Positions 18,422-34,081 of a DNA stretch of 64,000 bases are shown here, in pieces. How positions within the stretch are numbered: the first letter of the stretch is position 1; each line of letters starts with the position of its first letter. The translations under genes were made by a program, and so were the position numbers. Under the pieces are notes generated by a model. It worked only from the letters and a program-made list of their open reading frames with translations, ran no database searches and was not told where the DNA came from. The DNA lies in the NCBI RefSeq assembly GCF_009914755.1, contig NC_060925.1; one strand, written 5' to 3'. This DNA is from the human T2T-CHM13v2.0 reference genome, Homo sapiens.

Positions 18422-20189
18422 ATTGTAAGGTACCAACAAAGAGTCTGAATAGCCAAAGCAATACTATACAAAAAGAACAAAGCTGGAGAAATTACATTAT
18501 CCAACTTCAAACTTTACTACAGAGCTACAGTAACAAAAACAGACACACAGACCTACGGAACAGAATACAGAGTCTTTGTTTGACAAAGTTGACAATAACA
18601 AAGAATGAGGAAAGGACCTCCTGTTCAATTAATGGTGCTGGGAAAGCTGGTTAGCCAAGTGCAGAAGATTGAAACTGGATGCCTTCCTTACACATACACA
18701 AAAATCAACTCAAGATGCATTAAAGACATAAATGCAAAACCTAAAACTATAAAATGCTACAAGAAAACCTAGAAAATAAGTTTCTGGACATTGGCCCTGG
18801 CAAAGAGTTCATAATGAAGACCCCGAAGACAATTGCAACAGAAACAATAATTGAGAATGGGACCTAATTAAACTAAAGAGCTTCTGCACTGCAAAAGAAA
18901 CTATCAACAGACTAAATAGTCTACAGAATTGGAGAATATATTTGCAAATTATGGATCTGACAAAGGTCTAATATCCAGAATCTATACGGAACTTAATCAA
19001 ATTATCAAGCAAAATACAAACAATCTCATTAAAAAGTGAGCAAAGGACATAAACAGACACATTTCAAAAGAAGACATACACATGGCCAACAAGCATATGA
19101 AAAAATACTCAACATCATTAATCACTAGAGAAATGCAAGTAAAAACCACAATGAGATATTATCTTATGCTGATCAGAATGGCTGTTATTAAAAAGACAAA
19201 AAGTAACAGATGCTGGCAAAGTTGCAGAGAAAAAGGAACGCTAATACACTGTTGGTGGGAATGTAAATTAATTCAGCCAGTATGCAAACTATTTGGCAAT
19301 TTCTCAAAAAACTTAAAACAGAGGTACTATTCAACCCAGTAATCCCATTATTTGGTATATACCAAAATAAATAGAAATTGTTTTACCATAAAGACACATG
19401 CACATGTACATTTATTGCGGCACTATTCACAATAGCAAAGATATGGAATCAACCTAAATGCCCATCAATGGTAGACTGGATAAAGGAAATGTAGTGTATA
19501 TATGCACCATGGAATACTATGTAGCCATAAAAAAGAATGAGATTGTGTTCTTTCCAGTGACATGGATGGACCTGGAAGCCGTTAGCCTAACTGAACTAAT
19601 GCAGGAATAGAAAATCAAATACCACATGTTCTCACTTATAAATGGGAGATAAACATAGAGTATACATGGATACAGAAAAGGGAATAGACAGTGGGGCCTA
19701 CTTCAGGGTAGAGAGTAGGAGGAGGGTAAGGATTGAAAAACTACCTATTGGGTACTATGCTTATTACCTGGGTGACTAAATAATCTGCAAGTTAAACCCC
19801 TGTGACATACAACTTACCTATATAATAAACTTGCATGTGTACCCCTGAACCTAAAATAAAAGTTTAAAGAAAAAGAAAATATAGGGGAAAAGTTTGTTGA
19901 CATTCTTCTGGGTGCTGACTTTTTAGTATGACCCCAAAAGCATAGGCCACAAAAGCAAAAATAGACAAACTGAATAACATCAATTAAACTATAAAGTTTC
20001 TGCACAGCAAAAGAAACAATCAACAGAGCAAGGAGACAATCTATGGGATGGGAGAAAATATTTGTAATCCTTATGTCTCATAAGAGCATAATATCCAAAG
20101 TACACAAGGAACTCAAACAACTCAGCGATGAAAAAAACCAATAACCTGGAAAAGAAAAAATGGGCAAAGAACCTGAATAAACATTTCTT

Positions 20190-20504
<315 letters not shown>

Positions 20505-21254
20505 AACATTTCTTAAAAGATGTACAAATGGCCAAGAAATGTATGAAGAAATACTCTACATCACTAATCATCAGAAAAATGCACATTAAAACCACAGTGA
20601 GATATCATCTCACATGTGTTAGAAGAGCTATTTATCAAAAAGAAAAAATAATAAATATTGGTGAGGACATGCAGAAAAGAAAATCCTTGTACATTGTTGG
20701 CGGAGATATAAATTGGTATTGCCATTATGGAAAACAGTAAGGAGGTTCTTCAAAAAAGTAAAAATAAGATTCATATGGCCCAGCAATTCTGTTACTGGGT
20801 ATATATTCAAAGAAAATGAAATCAGTATCTCGAAGAGGCATGTTTACTCCCATGTTCATTGTAGCATTACTGATAATGGTCAAGATATAGAATTAACTTA
20901 AGTGTCCATTGATGGATAAGCGGATGAAGAAAATATGGCATACACATATATATGCAATAAAATATTATACAGCCTTGAGAAAGAAGGAAATCCAGTCATT
21001 TGTGACAATATGATTGAACCTGGAGGACATTACATTAAGTGAAATTAACTTAGTACAGAAGGACACACACTGGATGATCTCTCACTTATATCAAAAAATG
21101 CAGATTAATAGGGGAGAGTAGAATGGTGGTTCAGGGGCTGGGTGTGATCAAAGGGTACATAGTTTCAGTTATGCAAGATGTAAGTTCTGGAGATATAATG
21201 TAAAGTTTGATTACTATGATTAATAATACTGTAATATATTACAATATCTGTGTA

Positions 21255-21382
21255 CCTGACAGTATTATGGTTAGACTTAGGATTTTTTGACTTTATGATG
21301 ATGTGAAAGCAATATTGATTCAGCATATTCCCTTACTTATGATAGGGTTGCATAACCCCATCGTAAGTCAAAAAGCATCTGT
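21255..21382. mobile_element. Tigger-derived MITE fragment (MER47-like)
   Basis: gacttaggattttttgactttatgatg and the terminus aaccccatcgtaagtc...gcatctgta, interrupting the L1 3'UTR. Confidence 0.6.
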
Positions 21383-21590
21383 ACTTGAAATTTGCTAAAA
21401 GGGTAGATCTTAAATTTTCTCACCACACATTAAAAAATGATAATGATGTAAGGTGATGAATATGTTAATTAGCTTGATTATGGTAATCATTGCACAATGT
21501 ATATGTATATCAAAACATCACATTGTACACCTTAAATATACATAATTTTTATTTGTCAATTATACCTCAATAAAGCTAAAAATATAAATA

Positions 21591-22925
21591 AAATAAAAAC
21601 AGTATGGTAATGGCATAAAGGTCAATGTAAAGACCAGTGAAACACAATGCAGGCAGAGCCCAGAAATAAATCCTCACATATTTGAATGGTCTGTGACAAG
21701 ATTGCCAAAGCTACACAATGGTGTTAGGAAAACCAGACATCCATATGCAAGAGAATGAATTTAGACTCTTACTTTACATCATATACAAAATTTAACTTAA
21801 AACAAATGAAAGACCTAAATATAGAAGCTAAAACCATCAAACGCTTAAGAGAAAACAAAGGGCAAAACTTCATGATATTTGATTTAGAATTGATTTCTTG
21901 GATATGACACTAAAAGCACAGGCAACAAAAGAAAAATAGACAAATTCGACTTGTGCATCAAAGAATAATATCAACAGAATAAAAAGGCAACCAATAAAAT
22001 GGGAGAAAAATTTGCAAATCATACACTTGATAAGAAATTAGTATCCAGAGTGTATAGAAAACTCCTAAAATTCAACAATGAAAAAGCAACCAACTCAAAA
22101 ATAATCAAAAGACTTGAATAGACATTTCTCCAAAGAAGATATATGAATGGTTAAAAAGTACATGAAAAGATGCTCAATTTCACTAATTATTATGGAAGCA
22201 CAAATAACCAGGAAATACCTTCTCAGAACCATTAAGATAGCTACTACCAAAAATAATAAAAAAACAATACAAATGCTGACAAAGTTGTGAAGCAATTAGA
22301 ACCCTTGTGCACTGTTGGCAGGAGAATGGAGGGTTATTGTTTCATACATATTATCTCAGTCAATTTGTGCTGCTATAACAAAACACCACAGACCAAGTAA
22401 TTTATATACAACAGAATGTATTTCTCACAATTCTGAAGACTGGAAAGTACAAGATCAAGTCGCTAGCAGGTTCAACATCTGGTGAGGACTGCTCTCCACT
22501 TCCAAGATGGCACCTTGTTGCTGCATTCTCCAGAATGCACAAACACTGTGTCCTCACAAGCAAGAAGGGAGAGAAGGACAAAAAGAGTCTGAATTTACTC
22601 CCTCATGCCTTTTTTAAGGGTAATAATCCTATCCATGGGGGTGGAGTCCTCATGACCTAATCACCTCCTAAATGCCCCACATCTTAATACTGCTGCATTG
22701 AGTGTCAACTTTCAACACAAATTTTGGAGGGTACACAAATATTCAAACCACAGAAGGTGGAGTTCTCATTTTGCAAGATGAAAGGGTTCTGGAGATGGAT
22801 GGTGGTGATAGTTGCACAACAAATATGGATATACTTAATGACACTGAACTGTACACTTAAAGATGGTTAATATGGCAATCTTTATGTTGTGTATTTCATC
22901 ATGATTTTTTAAAATTAAGAAAAAA
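21591..22925 (+). mobile_element. L1MB7/8-like 3' portion (probable 3' end of the host L1 that begins at window start)
   Basis: ORF2 C-terminal remnants. 3' end gttctggagatggatggtggtgatagttgcacaac...ctgaactgtacacttaaa. Confidence 0.75.
22351..22755 (-). mobile_element. MaLR solo LTR (MLT1A/MST-like)
   Basis: tgtgctgctataacaaaacaccacaga...caagatggcacc...attcaaaccacag. Confidence 0.8.
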
Positions 22926-22929
22926 ACCT

Positions 22930-23915
22930 TAATGTCTTTGGATGATTTCTCCCTTTCTGTGGCTTCAAACTTCATTTCCCATTTCAGAATTTTCCATTTC
23001 AGAATACCTCTCCTCTAACTTGCTAATCTGTGATTCCAAATTTCCTGCTGAACTCCAAATTCTTTGTCTCAAGGCTCTTTAAACTTAAGCTCTTCAAATT
23101 ATGAATTATTTTATTTACCAGCTTACTTCTGTATTCCAGCACATGACCATTGGCTATACCAACCACCAAATTACTCTACTTGAGACCTTTAAATCTACTT
23201 TAATTCTTCTCTCTCCTTCAGCCCTCGGATCCTATCAGTTTCCAAATCTTGCACGTTTACCTTGTACAACTTACCCCCCTCCTTCATCCCCCATCATATT
23301 GCCTTAGTTGAAGCTTTTGTTTTATCTTTACTGGCTTATTGTAGCAGCCTCTTCACTGGTCCATTTATCACCATTTCTCCTATTCCACAAGTAATATATT
23401 CCTGAAAAGCTAATGATACTGCTCACTTCTTAAAAATTTCTGTTGGCTTCCCATGGTCTAGAGGACTGAGTTTGAGCTCCTTCATGAAGATCTTCCTACA
23501 ACCAACTGTTTTTATAGCCTCCTTCCTGCCACTGGTCTACAGGTCACTGAGCATCTCTCCATTTCCCTCAAATGTTCTGTACACTGAGGACTTCAAGTTC
23601 TTCTCTCTGCATAGGAATCTTCTCCCTTCTCCATCTAGAAAGCATCAATTCCCTGTTTAAGCCCAGATAAAATTTCTCCTTACCCTTGAAGCCTTCCCTG
23701 ATGTTCCTGTGAAAATTTAGACACTTTCTACTCTACAATTCTGTTTCTGTCACTATTCCAGCATATAAAGGCTGCTGGCAATTGTATGCATGTGCATCTC
23801 TCCCATGATACTGTGAGCATCTGGAAAGCAGCACTATGTTTTAATGAACTTTGTATTAGCAGACGTCATTATAGCACCTAACACACAATAGGTGCTGAGA
23901 AGATATTGATTGAGA
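22930..23915 (+). mobile_element. L2 LINE 3' fragment
   Basis: Pyrimidine-rich L2 motifs (gtagcagcctcttcactggtc, gaagccttccctga) and terminus cacaataggtgct...gattga. Confidence 0.7.
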
Positions 23916-24439
23916 GCATAAGGAGAAGGAGAAAAGTCCTTTATAGATATAAGAGGTTATGTCAGCATAAAAGACATAGATGACTTTTTAAATACTATCT
24001 GCAGTTCATGTTTGGCATCAGCAAAGATTCAGTTATACAACACAAGCAGTAAATGGTGAGCTTCTGAAGGGCAGGAATTGGATTCTAGTCCTGTGTGTAC
24101 CACTGTTGCCTGGGATAATGTTTGGCACATTTCAGGCATTCAATCAGTGTGGAAGAATGGAAGAAAAGTGAAAGAAGAAGGGATGTGGGGAGGGAAAAAA
24201 CTCATCTCTAGATTCTATATCCTACCCAGCTTAACTGATTCAGATGCTTAGTTATCATGGAATTTAAGTGCTTAAAAGGGAGAGTCCGCACATTCTCCTT
24301 GTGAACTGTGCCAGCCTTTTTATTCAAAGATATATTGCCAAGAAAGTCTTCCTGTTAGCTAATCCATACCCCTTCCACTGTATATGTAACCCTATTCTAC
24401 CTTTTCCTCTTTAAGGCAGCTAAATACTTTTTCTAATAT

Positions 24440-24650
24440 GCTTTCCCACTATGTGCAAGGTACTGTGCTAGCACAGACATTGTGCTAGGCCATGTATATG
24501 GGTTAGCTCTAATCCTCACAACAATTCTGTTAAGTGAGTACTAAATTGATTCTTCAGATGGAAAAATTGACTGGTCCAAACTTCCATAGCCAGCAAGTGA
24601 TAGAGTCCAAATTCAACCTGTCTCCAAAGTCTATGTTCCTCCTTCATAAC
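24440..24650 (-). mobile_element. MIR
   Basis: cactatgtgcaaggtactgtgcta...aatcctcacaacaa...cagatggaaaaattga core. Confidence 0.7.
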
Positions 24651-24698
24651 AACCTGCCAGCACACCTGCCCATGATGTCTTCACTATTAACCGACTAT

Positions 24699-25252
<554 letters not shown>

Positions 25253-25280
25253 GTCCTATACATTTTCTTTAGTTATTTAA

Positions 25281-27765
25281 CAAATTCTTTCAACTTTTAT
25301 TTTAGGTTTGAAGGTACATGTGAAGGTTTGCTATATAGGTATATTTGTGTCATCAGTGTTTGTCGTGCAAATTATTTAGGTATTAAGCCTAGTACCCAAT
25401 AGTTATTTTATTCTGCTTCTCTTCCTCCTCCCACCCTCCTGCCTCAAGTAGACCCCAGTGTCTGTTGTTCCCTTCTTTGGGTTCATGAGGTCTCATCATT
25501 TAGCTCCCACTTAGAAGTGAGAACATTCAGAATATGATTTTCTGTTCCTGCATTAGTTTGCTAAGGATAATAACCTCTAGCTCTATGCATGTCCCTGCAA
25601 AGGACATGATCTTATTCTTTTTCATAGCTGCATGGTATTTCATGGTGTATATATACCATATATATACCACATTTTCTTTATCCAGTCTACCATTGATGGG
25701 CATTTAGGTTAATTCCATATCTTTGCTATTGTGAATCATGCTGCAGTGAACATTCACGTGCATGTATCTTTATGACAGAATGCTTTATATTCCTCTGGGC
25801 GTATACTCAGTAATGGAATTGCTGAGTGGAATGGTAGTTCTTCTTTTAGCTCTTTGAGAAATCACCATACTGCTTTCCACAATGGTGGAACTAATTTACA
25901 CTCCCACCAACAGTGTATAAGTGTTGCCTTTTCCCTGCAAACTCACCAGCATCTGTTAGTTTTTGACATTTTAATAGTAGCCCTTCTGACTTGTATGAGA
26001 TGGTATCTCATTGTGGTTTCAATTTGCATTTATCTAATGATCAGTGATATTAAACTTTTCATCATATGCTTGTTGGCCACATGTATGTTTTCTTTAAAAA
26101 GTGTCTGTCCATGTCCTTTGCCCACTTTTTAATAGGATTGTTTGTTTTTCTCTTATAAATTTGTTAATTTCTCTATAGATGCTGGATATTAGACCATTTT
26201 CAGACACATAGTTTACAAATATTTTCTCTCATTCTGTTGGTTACCTGTTGACTATGTTGATAATTTCTTTCACTGTACAGAAAGAAGCTCTTTAATTTAA
26301 TTAGATCCCATTTGTCAATTTTTGCTTTTGTTGTGATTGTTTTTGGTGTCTTTGTCATGAAATCTTTGCCTGTTCCTATGTCTAGGATATTATTACCTAG
26401 GTGATCTTCCAGTGTTTTTATAGTTTTGGGTTATCCACTTAAGTCTTTAATCCAACTTGAGTTAATTTTTGTATATGGGGTAAGAAAGGGGTCCAGTTTC
26501 AATCTTTTGTATATGGCTAGCCAGTTATCCCAGTGCCATTTATTGAATAGGGAATATTTTCCCCCTTGCCTGTCAAAGATCCGATGGTCATAGGTATGTG
26601 CCCTTATTTCTTGGCTCTCTATTCTGTTCCACTGGTCTATGTGTCTGTTTTTGTACCACTACCATGCTGTTTTTGTTACTGTAGCGCTGTAGTACAGTTT
26701 GAAGTCAGTTAAATTGATGTCTCCAGCTTTGTTCTTTTTGCTTAGGATTACCTTGGCTATTCAGGCTCTTTCTTGACTCCATATGAATTATTTTGCTGGA
26801 CTTGCAGTAAACGGTAGGTCCCATACAAATTTTAAATAGTTTTTTCTAGTTCTGTGAGGAACGTAATTGGTAATTTGACAGGAATAGCATTGAATCTGTG
26901 ACTTGCTTTGGGCAGTATAATCATTCTAATGGTATTGATTCTTCCTATCCATGAGCATGGAATGCTTTTCCATTTGTTTTGTCTTCTCTGATTTCTTTGA
27001 GCCGTGCTTTGTAAAAATCCTCAACAAAATACTTGCAAACTGGTTCCAGCTGCACATCAAATGCTAATCCACCATAATCAAGTAGGTGTCATCCCTTGGA
27101 TACAAGGTTGGTTAACATACACAAATCAATAAATGTGATTCATCCCATAAATCAAACTAAAGGCAAAAGCCACATGATTATCTCAGTAGATGCAGAAAAG
27201 CCTTTCACTAAAATTCAACAACTCTTCATGTTAAAAATTCTCAATAAACTAGGTATTGAAGGAACATATCTCAAAATATTATGAACCATGTACGTCAAAC
27301 CCATATCCAACATCATACTAAATGGGCAAAACCTGGAAGCATTCATTCCACTTGAAAACCAGCACAAGACAAGGATGCCCTCTCTCCCACTCCTATTCAA
27401 CATAATATTGGAAGTGTTAGCCAGAACAATCAGGCAAGATAAAGAAATAAAGAGCATCTGAATAGGAAGAGTGGAAGTCAAACTATCCCTGTTTGCAGAT
27501 GACGTGATTCTATATCTAGAAAACCCCATAGTCTCAGCCTTAAAGTTAACAGCAGCTTCTTCTGCTGATAACTGCAGCAAAGTTTCAGGATACAAAATGG
27601 ATGTATAAAAATCACTAGCATTTTTATACAGCAACAACAAGCAAGTCGAGAGCCAAATCACGGAGGCAATCCCATTCACAATTGCCACAAGAAGAATAAA
27701 ATACCTAGGAATACAGCTAACCAGGTCAGTGAAAGAGCTCCACAATGAGAATTACAAAACACTGC
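25281..27765 (-). mobile_element. L1PA13-16-type LINE-1 with a 5' inversion (twin priming)
   Basis: Minus-strand 3' part 25281-27013 and plus-strand RT segment 27014-27765 inside one TSD ttagttatttaa (25269-25280, 27766-27777). Confidence 0.9.
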
Positions 27766-27779
27766 TTAGTTATTTAAAA

Positions 27780-28060
27780 AAAATTATTTTAAGGGAACCC
27801 ATTACATGACAGGCACTGTTCTAAGTGCTTTGCAAGTATTAAATCATTGAACCCTCATAACAATCTTATAAGGTATGTTCACTACCGTTCACATCTTATA
27901 GATTAAAAGACTGAGGCACAGAGAGCTTATGCACTCATTTTACAGGTGAAAAAACTGGGACACAAAGTAGTTTTCCCAACATCAAACCACTAGCTAGCAG
28001 CAAAGCAGAATTTAAATCCCAGTAGTCAGGACTCAGCCTGTTTTTTTAACTTCTAAACTA
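27780..28060 (-). mobile_element. MIR (with duplicated core)
   Basis: aggcactgttctaagtgcttt...ttatagattaaaagactgaggcacagag; tttacaggtgaaaaaactgggacaca. Confidence 0.75.
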
Positions 28061-30589
28061 AACTACCTCAATTTGTAGTTTCATTTATTTTAAAAAACAA
28101 TGTACTGGTGAACCAAATAATTCTTGCTATTTACTAGTCAATAGATTGATAATAAAATAGAGATTATAACTTAGGGATAATTTTCCTGCTTGCTTTGAAT
28201 CTCATATCTTCTTTAAGAGAATTGATTCCATGGCCAAAGACAATCTTGATTTTCCCAATACCCATTATGAAAATGATTTTTATAATTATAATGTGAAGTC
28301 AGGTGAGAGAGTGTAGAAGAAACCATATAGTTTTGTATTTATTCTAAAAGAAAAATTCATAAAAACATGCCAAGGTTTTTAAATGACAACATTGAGATAT
28401 GAAGAGGATTTAGTTTTCCTACACTAACACCAATCAATCGACTCCAGCCACTAACTCCACAGTGGCTTTCTGGGAGCACTATGTTAAGCAGGTTTCTAAA
28501 ACCATGTTTTGCTACAAATGATTACAAAGAAAGTTCAATTTTCAAATTATGTAGGAGATTGTAAACAGCTGTCTGGCTTCCCTCAGACTTTCTTCCTCCT
28601 CTGTACAAAAGGCCTTTCATACAGCTGGAGAGATATCCTTTCTCTTTCCAGTCAGCACCCCACCATGAACAGATTTAAACTCAGCAAAGCATCTAAGAAT
28701 AAAATTCAAGGTGGTCCATCTTAAAGAAAGTAGCCCAACATAGCTTGAGTTCCTACTGGGGGCCACGGCATAGGCTTTCATTTATTTCACGCAAATACCT
28801 TAATGAAATGACAGTGAGTTTATCCATTTTGCGCAAAAGGAGATTGGGATACATAGAGATCAAGTGTCTTGCCAAGTTCACAGAAATGCCAAAATGTAGA
28901 GCTGAGATTTGAACCCTGTTCTGACCTATGAACAAAGGCCATGCTATTTCTGGTACAGAAGCCACTATGATACCATACAGTACAGAGGGGCATTAACAGG
29001 CGAAGGACCAACTAGCATATGGTATTTGAGCAATATATTTGGCTCTAAATTCCCTGGCAGACATGGAAAAAGAGAAGCAAACATGATAGGTGATAAAGTG
29101 TTTATTTTCTAATTTCATAAAAAGGCACAAATAGTACTTCCAGGAATTATGTATATCTGTGAGTGACATGAAAATAGTATCTGATAGTATCTTCTATTAT
29201 GGTTTTATGTAAGACTTAAAAATCAAATGTACCAAATGATCCTATATAAAGGCAGAAGAATAATCTATAGAAATGTCAGATGAAAGCCATTTCTGTAAAA
29301 GATGATAATAACAGGGCCTGGCCAATTTAATTCTTGGGGTAAAAATGAAAGAATGCACACTTTAATACAAGCCAGAAAGTTGGAAGACCTCTCCTGTGAC
29401 AACAAATTGTTGTAGGTCATTTCTCACTCACCATAGGCAGTATCTGATGAGTGAGTGAGAAATGTAAAAGAGGGAGAATTTTTATTCATCCTCTTGCCAT
29501 CTGAAAGACAATAAGGAAAAGCATATATTGATAATGTAGCCTAGTAGTCATTTCTAACTTTTATTCAGTGCTGGATTTCTCAGCAAACATCAAAAGTGAA
29601 TCAGCTACATTCCTTTGAGGCTAGGCTTCGAGCTAATTCAATATTTTATTACAGCTACTACCTCTAGAGAACCCAACTAGTTGAGGTCTATTTCCTCTTA
29701 GTGGAGGCATAAGTATGGCTGCCAAAGCCACAGATTTTCTAATTGGCTTTAAGTGTTTTTCTATGATCAAAATTAGCTCAAATGGAAAAAAGCAACTAAA
29801 AAAAGAAGTAAAGGCAATTTCCAAGCACTCACAAGCCTGAGCAGATAAATTTCACACCAATTACAGGAAGTGAAATTGTTTTTATTCCTGTTTTTAACTA
29901 CAAGAAGTATTTTTCCAAAATTTTTTCTTTCTCTGAGTGACTGATAAGGTACCCAATTTCCAGAATTGTGACCAGACTTGTTAAAGTAAGCTGATTCAGG
30001 GTGCTGCTGAGTCCAAATGGGAACTGCTCTATGAACCACAAAGTCAAGCCTTCATGAATCATTAGTACTAGCTCTAGCAAATATGTGACACCAGCCACTC
30101 TGCAATACATAATCTAAGATATCTACCCTCTATCACACCCACAAGAGCCCCATTTCCCATATTTATTAACTGAAAATAAATTATTTAAGTTTAGTTGCTT
30201 TAGAGAATAAGAGGTTCACCCAGGAAACCACTGTAAGCAGTAGGCAGTAAAATAGAAAGTTAGGAGAAAAGTCACCCTTTTCTAAAACATATGGTGTTTG
30301 CCATGTAATGAGATAGCATGCCAACAGACTAACTGCTGCCATACATATCTGTACAAATAACTCAGCTACAGATTTTCTAAAGTTTTCAAAGAAAATGACC
30401 AGTCATTCTTTGTAAAGGAAAACAATGTGCTCTCAGAAGAGCATGGACTTCAAATACTTGGGAGCAGAGGAAGAATGTGTTCTGACAACCAAGAATTACT
30501 TATTGAGCACCAATTTTAAACTCAACAGTGGCACAAGAAGTTTATAATCAAATTAGGGAAACATAACTCAGAGAAGCACCATTTCCAGA

Positions 30590-31330
30590 ACATGTCTCTG
30601 AGCTTTGGCATGACCTACTACTCTTTCCTTCTTTAAACACTCTTTGGTTTCTCTGTCCTACTTTCCACTTCTCTGTTCCATCCTCTTTAGTCTTTACAGT
30701 CAGCTCCTCTTTCCTTATTCATTCCTAAACGATTGGTATTCATGGATATTTGGTCCATGTTCTTTTTCTCTTCTCGTGTGGCCACTCCTGATGTACATAT
30801 ATCCGACTTTCTACTGATCATCATTATTTGGAAATTTGATTACTCAGCATGTCCAAAATGGAATTCATTAGATACCCATTTAAACTAATTTCTTCTTTTG
30901 GATTCCTTATCCTAGTGAATCCATCACTCCACCCGCTAATCAATTCAGTACCCCTCTCTTTATGCCTCTTTCTGCCTCACTGCCTCTTCTCTCATCATTT
31001 AAATCTTGAATAACTCTTGAATCCATCCATTTTTCTCTGGTCCCACTATCATTACTCAAGTTGCAACATCAGTAATCTCTACTCTTGCTTCCTCCAATTC
31101 ATTCTCTACCATTATTTTTCTGAAGGAAGGAGAGGAGGGAAAAGAGAGAGCGATGAAGAGAAGGGAGGAAGAAAGAAACTGATTACAATAGTCCCCCCAT
31201 GAAACTCTTTTTATGGATTTTCACTGCCTTTGGATAAATTCTGATTCCTTAGTCTGGCTGCAAAGACTTTTCCTCATATCTTGCCATTCTCTTTATCTAT
31301 CTTTAAAAGAGTCTTTTCCCACTTTGCAAA
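30590..31330 (+). mobile_element. L2 fragment
   Basis: ctcagcatgtccaaaatggaattc; cttgaatccatccatttttctct. Confidence 0.6.
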
Positions 31331-31869
31331 AAGTGTATTTGGGAAGAGCAACAGACCAAACAACTGTCAGCATGCTGGGCTAAGTGCTCACAGAGAAATT
31401 TGAGATAATAATGTCAAATATTCAGTTGATACATATACTGAGCTTCCCTGAAGTCTCCTCTCATTAACTCCCAAACTTTCAATAAAACTCTGCTGCAAAT
31501 ATATTTTGTAAACAGTCCTGGGACAGAGTTGTGTGGGGGAGATGGCAAGGAACAAAACAAATAGTATTTCATGCCAAAAATAATATGAACATAGAAAAAA
31601 GACAGGCATAACCAGAATCAGGTTCAGAGTAGGAAAGTTTGCTGCAGTACTGAATGACCAAGGGAATATAGATTTGTCCACTTCCCCTCACTCCCAAAGA
31701 CTTTTTGATCATGGGAACCATAGCCGACTTCCTACGGCTCCTGGGATAGGGACTGAGCCAGTCCAATCAATTATCAAGCAAAAGGTCAATGACGAGAGCT
31801 GCAGAACTTGGAGCATTTGAATTCTGTCAGTACTCATCTCACATGCCACTGTTTCCTATTTATAAGCAA

Positions 31870-32120
31870 GTATAAGGCATGATTAAGTCTGTGGTCATGT
31901 GGGTTCCAGAGTCATACTGCTGGTATTCAAACTTGGCCTCTGCCATTTACTGCTCGTGTGGCAGGACAACTCGGCACTTAACTTCTATGTGCCTTAACTT
32001 TGTCATCATTTAAACTGGGCAAAATAATAGCACTTGTCTTAATCGGGTTAATGTGAGGACTATAGTATACATGTCATATGCTTTGAACAGTGACTGGAAC
32101 TGTTGATTGTTGATGACTGT
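31870..32120 (+). mobile_element. MIR
   Basis: ttcaaacttggcctctgccatttactgc...acttaacttctatgtgcctt. Confidence 0.7.
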
Positions 32121-33593
32121 CCTGTTTACTGAGATATCCTTAATGCCTAGGACATAGTAGATGCTCTGTAAGTATGGGTTGAGTTCATTAAGGAGAGAGT
32201 AAATTGTGTATCATTTCTTCTGCCTAATCCATTCTTTCATCTCTTTTCCCTACCTAAGAAAATTCTTCCCCATCTTTTGTTTTGTTTTGGGCCACAGGTA
32301 CATCATCCTTAGTCCATGAAAAGCCCTATTTCTCTCTCTTTTTTTTAAATTTCAATCCCCCATTTCTATCTCCTTTATCCCCACAAGGACTCACTGTAAC
32401 ATGTCTAATATATGTCCATGTCCATGTCTGTGTCTGTGTGTGTGCGCCCAGGCATGCGCATATGTGTATATCCTTCAAAAATACAGATCTAAATTTTATA
32501 TTTATATATTAATATTTTTACTGTAATGTATAAATATATTACAAGTATGACAAATATACACATATTTGAAAAATATGGTATTGATTTGGATATTTATGTA
32601 TTTTAATTTTATTTACATAAACTCCCCCTGAATTAATCTCTTGTCTATACCCAGGGGAAAGCACACAATACCTCCCAGATGGGCAAATTTATAAGACTAT
32701 GGCAGAATGTTAAATTTGCAATTACGAAGGCAAGAAGAGGTTTTCTGCAAAGGTTTTCAGAAGACATAAAGTGTGTAGCCACTGTGCCAGCCAGTGGGGG
32801 TATAAGGAATGGAAGCATGCTTAACCAAGGGACCTGAGGTTCTAAAGAATGTGTGGATTTACACTTAGACACAAAATGTTTAGCTGGAACTATTAAACAT
32901 TGCTCTATTCAGTGCTGGCAAAGGGGAGCTAAATTAATTGCACAAAGGGCAATGGTTGCTAAAAAAAACAAAAGTCATTTTCCTAGGCATTGCACTGAAA
33001 CCCAAAAAGTCTCAGACCAGATCTACTGTGAGTGGTAGGTTCCCAGCAGAAAAATAACTGGGAAGCGCCCCCTACCCCATTATTATTGCCTAGAGTTTTG
33101 TGGGCTCAAAATTATTTCAATTGCACAAAATCTATTTGGAATAGGGTCAGCTTGGACAGATTGCTTCTTCATTTTCGACTCCTGTGGTACAAAGACTTTC
33201 AGGCCCTACTCTACTACTTCCTCTCTTTGTTTCTCAGGAAGAACTTTAGGAGTCTACAGGCCCATTTATTCCTCAAGTAGAACTTTTTGCCAACCACACT
33301 TACCTCTTTGGAATGTTTACATCAGCTCATAAAGATGCTGCTGTGGGTGTTCCTTTATGGGCTGGTATTCATTTATATCCCACATCCAGGGCTGGATTAT
33401 CATCATTTTCAAATCTGGCTCTATTAATTTTACTAGTTTCTCTTTAGAGAATGATATGCCACCAATTTGGGATTTATAAAATATTGCATTTGGATTCAAC
33501 ATTTGAAGGTAGAAATCAATGGTATCATGGGCTTCTGGCCTTTTAGAAAAAAAATAACAAACTCCCTGGGAGATTTATTTTTAAAAAATCACA

Positions 33594-34081
<488 letters not shown>

